Assembly: GCA_973895155.1 (NCBI GenBank)
Contig: OZ316898.1
Span: 1-64,000 of the forward strand
Direction of reading: 5' to 3'
Length of the DNA stretch: 64,000 bases
DNA from: Marsupella aquatica
Lineage: Eukaryota; Plantae; Marchantiophyta
The translations under genes were made by a program, and so were the position numbers. The notes beneath the pieces were generated by a model. The model was not told the DNA's origin, did no database searches, and was given only the letters and a program-made list of their open reading frames with translations. This document shows, piece after piece, positions 12,820 through 25,300 of the stretch; within the stretch, counting starts at the first letter, position 1, and the number at the start of each line of letters is the position of its first letter.

Positions 12820-13018
12820 TACTATGTGCTTCGGTAGCTTAATATGATCGATAGAGTTTGTACCATCGGCGAGAGGTGCTCGCCTACTATGTGCTTCTGT
12901 AGCTTATGATCGATAGAGTTTGTACCATCAGCAAGAGGTGCTCGCGGAGGTGCTCGCCTACTATGTGCTTCTGTAGCCTATGATCGATAGAGTTTGTACC
13001 ATCAGCAAGAGGTGCTCG
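12820..13018. repeat. Three tandem copies of a 63-75-bp unit
   Basis: actatgtgcttc...tatgatcgatagagtttgtaccatc...gaggtgctcg recurs three times. Confidence 0.8.
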
Positions 13019-13259
13019 TCGTCGTTGTAGTATGTTGGCAGGCATATATTTCTGTTGCTCTCGACATTTGCAGAATTTTAAGATACTCGTACCAGTTGAT
13101 AGTGGGAGTTGTAGACAACGTTCCTTTGGAACTCACAGGCACTTCTAGCTCGTTCATCAGCGGGCCAGCAAGCCAGCCAGCCACGCCGTCGTCAACTGAG
13201 AGAGGTAATTCAATTTCTCCGTGAACCTTGTGCATTGATAAAAATGACACTGCTATCTT

Positions 13260-15170
<1,911 letters not shown>

Positions 15171-15864
15171 TTACATGGTATGCTTCTTAGTTGGTATTTT
15201 TGAAATGTCTTTTAATTGGAAGTTCACACCCATTGATTCAGTCCTTAGATTGATTTTTGGTAGGGTGCAGCTCATATAGAATTAGTGATACAATGATTGT
15301 TTCTTTCACGTTCCTAACCTCACAGAGTTTACTTTAGTCTCTTTTGGATACCCTGTTACAATCTACAAAGTAGTTATTTGCTTTTAGGTAAACATTTGTC
15401 TTGCATGTCATTTGTACTTTGCTAGGTTGGAAGTCTAAATGCTAACACTTTGGCAACAATAGGTTCCAGTTTCCTATGTTAAATGTGTACAGTCAGAAGG
15501 GAGCCAGAGTATATTCTTAAGGGCTTTTGTTCTTCAAGGACTTACTGCAAGCAAGTGAAACTTGTTAGTTAAGTACAAGCTCATTTTGGCATTAATTTGA
15601 TGTTTGTTTGCAATCAGCTCAAGTTGCTACATGGAGCCCCAAATACTAACCTAGAAGTTGGGAAATCATACTTGAATTTCGTTTATTTTCTCTAAGGTGA
15701 GTTCCTACTATCATTTATTTGTTTTAAGTATAATTCATGAAGGACATGGAAAAATAAAATAAAGCAAAGAAAATATAAGTATTTTAAAACAAATATTGAG
15801 TATATTTTTCTACTTATTATCTTATGAATTTGCCTAACATATGTATTATAAAACTAAACAATTG

Positions 15865-16042
15865 ACTTTATTTTGAAATATATATCTGGCATGCTTTTCT
15901 GATTATTGTTATTTAATAGTTCCAGATAGTTTGGCCGGAGATATGTATTTTGAAATATGTATCTGGCATACTTTTCTGGTTATTGTTATTTAATAGTTCC
16001 AGATAGTTTGACTGGAGATATGTATTTTGAAATAAATATCTG
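15865..16042. repeat. About 73-bp tandem repeat (about 2.4 copies) in the AT-rich intron upstream of TET-like copy 2
   Basis: tattttgaaatat...tatctggcat...ttattgttatttaatagttccagatagtttg repeats. Donor aag|gtgagt at about 15696 and acceptor ttttcag| at 16075. Confidence 0.75.
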
Positions 16043-16075
16043 TATAAATTAAAGTATGTTTTTGGAATTTTTCAG

Positions 16076-17518
16076 ATGGCAAAACGAAAGTTTTGGAAAG
16101 TGAACAAACAAATGAAGGAAGATGGCAAATATGAGTATGAGAAAATGAAATTTGCAATGGACGTTTTCATTCAAATTTTTTCAGCGATCATGATATTGCA
16201 TCCACGTTCACAAAAGTTTGCCATGTTATTTCTTCTTCAAGAAGATAATATTTTTCAAGCATTTGTACAAAATGTATTGAATATTAAACATACTGTATCG
16301 AAAGCAATGATATATAATGCTTACTATAGATTTAAAGAAATTGGACCACCAAAAACCTTTACTTCTTGCGCATGGGAGAATATCTGTGATATTCTTGATC
16401 ATCATTATTCTTTAGATTCAGTACCCTATAGTATAAGAAAATACATCCATTTTCTTAGGTCATCTACCTATATTGAAGAGTGTGTAAAAAGAGAAAAAAA
16501 TATGCTAGAGAAAAAAGAAATGGTGTTTGAAAAAATTATTTCCCAATTTTGGTGGGGAAATGTGAATCCAATGGAATTAGTGCAAGGATTTTGGGGAAGA
16601 GTTGATGATGAAGGTGAATGTTTTTATCGCTTAGAATTAGAAAAAACATTACAAATACTTTCTAGAAGAAAAAACAAAGGGAAAGAAATTGAAATTGAAG
16701 AGGCACCTATATATAGGGAGCTTCCAATTTCTTACGTTGAAATCCAAAAAACAAAACAGGTTACGGAGATCTATGATAAAATCTCAAGTGAGCTAGTGGG
16801 TATCCATATTCGCCCTAAAGATGTTCATAAATCTTTTACTATATTGATGCGAACTTATCTTAAAGATCTTTTTTGTGCTCATCCAAGTTCAAAAAGATCT
16901 AAAACTAGAGCATCCTATATGAGTGAAATGGTGGGGTTCGGTCCATTTCACCATACATGGACACCTGGAAAAAATGTTACATCTTTCTACACTCATAGTA
17001 ATAAGTTAGTAAAAGCTTCAAAACCTTTAAAAGATTTTGGTAGATTTATTGATCGATTTGCACATGGGGCTGTGGTAGAAATTTTAATGTCTATGTGGTT
17101 TAGATATTATCCTACGTTATTACATACTTTTCTTAGATGTTGTAACCCTTACTTAGAAACTTCCCAATATATTAAGGAAGGTGTTGAGATACCATTTTTT
17201 GATAAGCACATGAAGAAGGGACCTCCTGCTTATCAACTATTCATTACTAGAGATTATTGTTCACGTTTTCATGTGGACAATGATAGGACAGAGTGGACAC
17301 TAGCATATACTAGTCACCCTGATGAACATATTTCACCAGTTGATTTTGTATTTGCCAAACATGGATTTATATTACCTTTGCATAATGGTGATTTATTTGC
17401 ATTCAAAGGCAAACATCTCCATGGTATGGCTTTTAGAAAACCAACAGAAAATCCTGCATATATTGCAGCTTTAGTTATGAATAGTGGCTTAGGACAATTA
17501 TTAAATAGAATAGAGTAA
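16076..17518 (+). CDS. TET/JBP-like Fe(II)-dependent dioxygenase (copy 2)
   Basis: Uninterrupted 480-aa ORF with the ATG right after acceptor ttttcag|. Motifs: MVGFG, FITRDYCSRFHVDND (HxD at about 17270), DFVFAKHGFILPLHNGDLFAF and HLHGM (His at about 17420). Clear paralog of 3731..5107. Confidence 0.8.
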   Translation: MAKRKFWKVNKQMKEDGKYEYEKMKFAMDVFIQIFSAIMILHPRSQKFAMLFLLQEDNIFQAFVQNVLNIKHTVSKAMIYNAYYRFKEIGPPKTFTSCAWENICDILDHHYSLDSVPYSIRKYIHFLRSSTYIEECVKREKNMLEKKEMVFEKIISQFWWGNVNPMELVQGFWGRVDDEGECFYRLELEKTLQILSRRKNKGKEIEIEEAPIYRELPISYVEIQKTKQVTEIYDKISSELVGIHIRPKDVHKSFTILMRTYLKDLFCAHPSSKRSKTRASYMSEMVGFGPFHHTWTPGKNVTSFYTHSNKLVKASKPLKDFGRFIDRFAHGAVVEILMSMWFRYYPTLLHTFLRCCNPYLETSQYIKEGVEIPFFDKHMKKGPPAYQLFITRDYCSRFHVDNDRTEWTLAYTSHPDEHISPVDFVFAKHGFILPLHNGDLFAFKGKHLHGMAFRKPTENPAYIAALVMNSGLGQLLNRIE

Positions 17519-19829
17519 ATTAGATATGTTTCAGGTATCATGAAACAAACTTTAATGTATCTTTTTAGAAACAATTATGAAATTTATTAAATATGTATTT
17601 AATATTTGGACCAATTTAGTTTAGGATTGTAATTGTAATATAAATACTTATGTTTGACAAAATCTTTATGTATATTGACTTACTTTAGAAAATAATTTAC
17701 AACTCTTATAGCTCTAGAAGTTAATAGGCCTAGGGTAGAGTAGGTAAAATCTATAAGGCAAAACTAACACACCCAAATAAATCAAAATTATCCCACCTTA
17801 TGTAGATAATTTGCGTAGCCAGAGGCCTTTATTGGGTCAGCCTACTCAGGCACCAACTATATATGCAGCCCAAATGCCAACTCTACAGTCCAAATAGGTT
17901 AATTGGCTAGTTAATGCTACAAACTTTCCATGACCTTGGGTGGAGGGTTTGAAGACCTTTGGTGGAGGGCTTGAAGGGGTTTAGGGAGATTTAAACCAAG
18001 GAGAAGTAGGGCAAGTTTCGGGATGTGTTTGTATTTCAGGTGTCTGATGCTCATAATTAGACCATCCTCAGTCCAAGCGGGGACATTAAAACTCTCCTTC
18101 TCAATTAAAAGCCTGTGATGCAGCAGGCTATGAATGGGCTATGACCATAGAAAACACATTAGAAATTGTCAGAATTGCAAATCAAAGACAATGTCCAACG
18201 TCATGGTTGTAAATCAACGTTGTTTTTAGGAACAAAATAAGCATCAACTCTGCGCTGCCCTATCCTGTGCTTTACTGCTCTCCATCCATGGCCGTTCTCA
18301 GTTGAAGAAGCATCGAGACGATCAACCCAGATGTTTAGAGAAAAAGGAGGCATACTCTGTACTATGATTACTGCTTCTTTATTACCGGTCGACTACTGTC
18401 AATCCATATTTGATGCTACATGTTTTGCAGCACAAGAGCTCTCCTTAGGGTCACTGTTTGTTAGTGTCATCCATGCCTCCCGGGTAGTAGATGTGCTGTG
18501 TGTTGATCTCCTGAACGGGGCGCACATTTGGCATAAGCCGCAGGAACATCACAAACCAAAAGTCCGTCATATCATTTCGATTGCACCAATTTCATTTGAT
18601 CAGGGTTAACTCTTCAATTTGATAACAGGCTCCATAACTACCAACCAGAAGCCAAGTGTCAATCTCTTCTTGTGAAAAACAAGTGAATGCTCACCTCAAG
18701 GGTCTTGCCGTCTCCACGACTGTAGCGTGGGCAGAGTGGTAGTAAATTTTGGCAGAGACATCCACGGTTCCTCGTCGATGTCTACGGAGCTCTGGTTGGC
18801 TCCCTCGCTGCATTTGTTCCATTCTCTAGACAACTCTCCCTAGTGAGCAGGCCCATTGGGCCCTTCACTATAATCTCATTCGATATCTGGACCGACACAA
18901 GACCCCCCAAAAATCAATGATGTGTGGAACCACTATGGCATTGAACTCGAACCGAGCTTTGATGGTGAATATGCTCTGCAAAGTCTGAAGAAAAGAAGTT
19001 TACTGTGAATGTACCTGATTTGGTCAGCACAGATTGTAAACCAGATGAAAATAGCCCCGAGAGGTTGGACTGTCGGACAGGGGCCGGGGGCTGTCGTCTC
19101 TTAATGCTCTCAAAATTGTTTCACTCTTTGGTGAATTATAGGTGAAGCAAGATACAACACAGAGTCCTCAAGAGTATTTTGAGCCTGGTCCAATGTGAGC
19201 TGGAAAATCGCTTGGTTCCGTGGGGGCAAAGTAGAGTAATGTTATTAGTTAATAGAGGATTTAGACGGTTATCATATGCTTCAATTGTTACGAGCTTATT
19301 TGCATTAGACAAGCACAAAGAGAGCGTTGCAAATGGTCTCTCGCTTAATTCTTTGACAAAAACAGAGTCAATTTTGACTATCATATATTTTATTCTGAGG
19401 TTTGGTTTTGTTCTCTCTCAATGCGTGATCATCAATGGTTTGATTCACCTTTGACGGTTGTTTCACGAAGACGATTGAAAGTTTATGTATTGAGGTGAAT
19501 GTGGCAACCCCAATTGCTCTACAGATCTGGTATTCTGCTGAAGAAACCATTCATGCCGTCAAAACCTGACAAGTCACAAGTTTAGGGTCATCATTTATTT
19601 TGGTACTGTTGTGAATGTCTGTTTCAAGGAGATTACAATTGAATTTGCTCTCCTGACACAGCAACTGAAGCGCAATATATATATTCCTAGATTAGTTGAT
19701 CTTGAACGCAAAAGTCTCCTTTTTGGATAGCCTACATGTTCAAATGAAACAGAAACAAAGGGTACGTAGTTTGAGACTCTAGATCATAGACCCTTGCTCT
19801 GGGCACTGCGGCTGAGACAAAGCAGGCTT

Positions 19830-21126
19830 AAGGATGAAGTCGGTGATGATCTCCAGAATGAAGGATTGCCTGTCTTTACCAGCGGGTAGAATGGCCCCGA
19901 GATGCCCATGATCCCTGAAGATAGCCTGAGACAATACCCAGCACAGATTCCAACCGCTATTTGACCGCCAATGTAGAATGGCACCTGTGGTGTACAGCAT
20001 TGCAATTGACCCCTGGGTTTAGTGCAATCCATCATCTGTTGTTGATTTGACTTGATCTCGATCCTCTACGACCCCGTACCCAACTTCCACTAAAGAATAT
20101 GCTTGATGGAAAGATTGCTTATCTAGGCAAGCATTCTGGCAAAAGCACTCACATCTTTCCAGGGAAAATGCCGCACAGTTGCAAAGGCAACGGTGACCGA
20201 AGGATTCAAGTGTGCACCTGAAATGTGACCCACTGCATATATCATGTTCATGACAACAATCCCAAAAGATAAAGACATGCCCACATGCGTCACGGCTCCA
20301 TTGATCGAGCTTCGCATCCACTACCGCAGATCCACAATCAGTGAACACCAGGATGAAAGTAGCAATGATTTCTGCTCCAACCTGCTTCAATACAAGGATT
20401 TCTCCTGGTTAGCTGGTGAGATTGGCCGTTGGCATTGTTCTCCTCAAGGGATGTGGTCTTCACTCACTTATTGCATTGACCCCATTGAGGATGTCTACGT
20501 TCAGATTCATTTCGTTCGTATAAGCTTCAAAGGAATGTTATTTAGCTTCCCAACAGCAATACTGCGGACAGTATCACAAGCTCCCAAGTATTAATCGGGA
20601 TTAATTACAAGGACTTATGTGAGGACTGGGTAGAGGGGTCCATGACATTCATTTGAAACTTTTAAAAAAGCCTGTAGTAGTCCTCACCGAGAAGTTCGGA
20701 GCGAGTGCTTTCAATGCAGCATGCAAGCCAAAAAAGATTAATGTGCGAGGAAGAGGTTCCAAGATGTGGTAATTGCCAAAAAGATGAGAGATCTTGAGAA
20801 ACTATGCTACTACAAAAACAAGCTAGCATAGTACAGAGATGAAATTTATCAGTGTGCAACCGGTAGTAGGAACTTACCTTTCGCATAAGACATGTATATG
20901 GCAATTTCAAGGATCCCAAATATCCACACCCTGGTTGTTCGTCTGCGAGAGGCATATCGACGGTCTGGTCAAGGGGAGAATTCTCAAATCGCTGGCTCAA
21001 TGACGGATGTTTTGCTGCAGCAGGAGGAACGTCAGTTGGAACACGGGTATCGTTCCCCAACACATAATGGTCCTTGGCTTGCAGTTTTGCTCTTCCTGCC
21101 ATCTGGTCGTTCGAATGATCTGCCAT
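19830..21126 (-). pseudogene. NIP (NOD26-like) aquaporin pseudogene, first three exons only
   Basis: Exon 1 is 21126-20878 (AAG|gtaag). Exon 2 is 20381-20153 (VGAEIIATFILVF...MIYAVGHISGAHLNPSVTVAFATVRHFPWK, with a frameshift). Exon 3 starts at 19984 (VPFYIGGQ...QSFILEIITDFIL, with a frameshift). The second NPA half is missing. Confidence 0.85.
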
Positions 21127-21935
21127 TTTTCTGGCTGCAAACAGATTGTCGTCTGCTTACAAGTAGTTCTGGCACCTGCAGCACGTACGTACCGGCACCT
21201 AACGATGATCCTCTACCGTTACATACATTGACATCCTTAATTGGAAGGAGCCAGACAGTGCAGCAACCCCACTACTGTGAACTCGTTAACCCGTGAAGAA
21301 GTAATTCTGGCTCGTTCAACTTGGGATGTCAGAACAGGACTGCAATATAGGTCATGCACATGCGTGCACAATTGTAAGAGAGCAACGATGAAGAAAGCTG
21401 AAGCTTCATTGATTGCGGAATCCCACAAATCGATCACCACACAAACCTATTCTCTAATGAGACAACCAGTCATTCTCAATCCTGATATCTCTCACACTAG
21501 CACACTTCGCCCCTTGTAACATTCGATTGTGCTGACAGGTCTAGCTAGGCAGCAAGTATCACAATCACCACTTCCACATTTGTGACTTCTAGTCGGTCCC
21601 TCCCTCTGTCTGAGACCATAAAACTTAGCATGTAGACCCCAGTTGCCACCATGATTTCACAACCCTTCTATATTCCCAACCTCTGTCAGCCCTTGCACTC
21701 TCTAGCTCCATTTGGGACCCTTTTTGAAAAGTGGGAACAAAGATTGAAGACTACTTCTGCCCCCCTTGGGGCCTCTCTCCTCGACCAGTGAGAAGAAGGA
21801 CAAGACAAAGTTTAGGGTGGAGAATGAATACTGCACATCAAAGCACCGAGAGGGGGGGGGGGGGGGAACGGAGCAGAGAAATAAACTCAGTGATTTAGTT
21901 TTCACAGGCCTGCCAAGGCAAGATGCATGAAACAA

Positions 21936-22300
21936 GCTCTCTAATACCATGATGAATTTTGAATACTTTACTCAACTTGATCATCCCACGTAAAGTTAAC
22001 AAGAAATAGCTTTGCCCCAAACTGACTCCTAAGTCACAAAATAGGAGTAGGAAATAATCTGGGTCTAACAAAGCATATCCTATTTAAACTTCAAACAGCT
22101 AGAGAGAGCTGACCTGCATGCCAATGTGATCTACATTAAGAAACCGAAGCTAAAGTATGGATCTCTCCCCTGAAACTTTCCCACCGAACACCATACTTCC
22201 ATCTAAGTAGTCTGATATTCATTTCACCCTTCATCTCCTGAACTTCACTTTTGAAATCTTCCAAGTAATTTACCACACTGTCCGGCCTCTATAAGAATTC
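21936..22300 (-). mobile_element. Possible LTR remnant with degenerate tRNA-Met PBS
   Basis: The minus strand reads ...ttcatCA|TGGTATTAGAGAGC at 21950/21949, resembling an LTR end plus PBS (TGGTATCAGAGC). The other boundary was not identified. Confidence 0.3.
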
Positions 22301-22319
22301 TTCTCAATTCTCTGATTGA

Positions 22320-25300
22320 TCACCGAAATTCAGGATACTTGATCCTCACAATGGTTGCTACAAGACGCATAAAATTGTTGCCCAGAGCCTCAGGACTTGT
22401 AGACACAACCCATTCACACAGCTCCTGGTCACTTTTCCCTTTGATTTCAGGAATTGCTCGGAATAAATCGCTCTGTATGTTATCAAATCGCCATGCCTTC
22501 CACACAAAAAGCCGCAATCTCTCTCCTGATTCATCTTCACACTGATCTCCATACAGCCCTTCATGAAATCTCATCCCACTAGGCTGGTGTGGGAAGTGAC
22601 ACTTGAAACAAGTGTCTGGTCGAGAAGGAAACTTGTTATCGCAATTTGCACGGTTGTGTGTTCCTAGACACTTCACACATCGTCCCCGTACATAAGGACA
22701 TTGCAAAATACCATGAGGAACACTCTTTGAGAGGGGACTCCAACACATCAAGCACTTTTTCCTATCCCCAGCAAATTTACGGATGATACAAATCTTATTC
22801 ATGGCTTCGTCAATTCTTTGTTTGATGAGTGTTGGTCGAGCTCTTGCCACAACCGTGGTTGTGGTTCCTTTGCCTTGGGATGATCCGAGTGATGATGCTG
22901 GTGTTGTTCTTTCACCTGGTGCTGTAACCCTAACACTCTGTCCTCCTTGTATGTTTTGGGAGATGCTCCCCTGAGATACAATTTCAACCACTTCTGACCT
23001 AGCTTGTGATAATTCTTCGGCCTCATATTCCATTGGTAGTTCCTGATTGTCTGCTGCTTGGGAGCATATGTCACAAGGAATTGCATCCGGGATGAGGTAA
23101 CACATCTGTGGCTTACCATCAACGCTAGCATGTAGTGCAAAGCGACGACACATTTTTGTCTCCTCAATCCATTTGTTTGGAATCTTGAAGTTGGAGTCCA
23201 TCCTCAAGGCCTCATTGCGGTAGCTGGAGTTAGAAACAATAGTGCTTATTGCTAATAAACCATCACGCCCAGCTCGGCCAGATTCCTGATGAAATTGCTC
23301 AAAGGACCTGAAATTACCTCTGTGAATTACAAGTCTGATTGACTTGTAATTATAGCCAGAACCAATGACCCCAGTTGCCACCATGATTTCACAACCCTTC
23401 GACTCCCACTTCTTCAAGGTTTTCACGGTGTCTGCTGTGCTACATCCTGCATGCAAAAATGTACAGCACAAGTTCCTGGCTTCGAGTAGCTTTGCCATCT
23501 CTTGGACTTCATCTCTTGTTAGGCAATAGACAATGGCCCGGTCATGAACCAGGCTAGATCTCTTCCAATCTTGAAGCTGTCTAACTATTTCTCCATCCAT
23601 GTCAGGCACTTCCACAACCATGTATCGGATGTTTGGCCTAACAGTAGAAGAACGAACCCAATGTAATCTTGAACCCAAAGTCAGTTCGATATCAGATTGT
23701 TGTGTGGGTGGTAATGTCGCTGTTAATCCTATAATTTGACAAGGAACTTTCATTAGAGAAATCAGATTTCTCATTTTTGGACGGAAATGACACTGTAGTG
23801 TATGAATCTCATCAAAAACAATCGAATGCAATCTTTGTGTAGCTTGCAAGTGGTTTGCAAAGACACCAAATGTATCTGAATCAGCTGCAGTCTCGATAGA
23901 TACAAAAACAATTGCAGGTGTTACTCCTATCCCGAGTGCAAATCCACTTGTGAACACAGTGTGACCAATTCCTGCTTTTCTGCATTCAGATAAGTGACCC
24001 GATATGAGAGATTTGAATGGGACTACCACAATCACTGTTTTGTCCATCAATGTGGAAGGGGCCATGAAAATCAATGACTTTCCTGTTCCAGTGGGAAGTA
24101 CAGTTACAAAATCCACAGTGTTTTCAATAGCCAAAGCAACAGAGATTGCTTGTTCAGTTGACCTCCACCTTTTGTGACCCAACTTGTGTAGAGCTATGGA
24201 AGCTCTTATACTTGTGTCGTGACAGATGTGCAGTGCCGAATCAACATCTCCCACAACTGATGTTGATGGTTCTCCATAGGCAGGGCAATAAACAACCCTT
24301 GTCTTGCTTGGAACATGATCAATTTCAAGCTCAATGTCATGACGTGGACGTAGAACAGTAGTGGTTCTTGGAAAAGGATCTAGTGTGACTTCCCTGCAAC
24401 CTGTTGTTGAGCTATCCAGATGAATCAATCTTGGGGACTTATCCGAAAGATTAAGCAATGCATGCCACTTATCTGTAAATATTCGGAATGCTCTCAAGAG
24501 ATGTCCATCAATAGCTCTTAAATCTTTTACACTTTGAGCATAATGATGTCCCATTGTAGCTGTTGTATGTCCACCTGCCACATCTACAATATCATCAAGA
24601 TCTTGAGTGCGTTGGTCTCGAATCTTTTCTGAAAAAAATGCTGCTAGGTGTCGGTATTCTGAAAGCCCGAATGTGACTCCACAACGCTTAAAGAAATTGT
24701 TGTGTATGCTCTTGGAAAGATCATGTGCATCTTGCTTTTTATCCATATCAACGAACCAACAATCATCATAATTACGGGCAACCTCCTTTCCCCATATTTT
24801 CTGTGCAACATAAGATTGTGTAGGCCTCACCAAACAAAAGTATACCAGAAACAGAGTTCTTAAAGAACTTGGAAGAAACCGTATAAGTGGTTTCATTGGA
24901 GCACCTGTATTTGCACCTTTATGATAGGTTTGAAAGAGCGCTATTGTATGATGCTCTAACAATTTTGTTGTTGGATCATCATCTGGGCCTGCTGTTGCCC
25001 AATAAAATGACCTCTCGCTTGTGGCTGTGTTGCGAATCAAGAAACTGTTGTACTCTTCGCCCCTTGCTGGTAGACCGGCAGTGAAATGTATAAGCAGATT
25101 CAATTTTTCTTGTAAATCAGAGCAAGCAGTCATCCACTTATAAAGTGTGATATCATTCCAAATGACATCATTTCGATCTGTCCGCCCGAGAATAAAGTGT
25201 CCTCTAATCTTAGGATCAACAAACAAGTGTGTTAGTAGATCGAGGCCATGTTGCTGAAGAATCCGGTTGCGAGGATCTATGACAAAGTTGTACCCAACTT

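Noticed and set aside
12228-13018. Short direct repeats resembling a CRISPR array
   Set aside because: Units are contiguous tandem duplications without unique spacers, there are no cas genes, and the context is eukaryotic.
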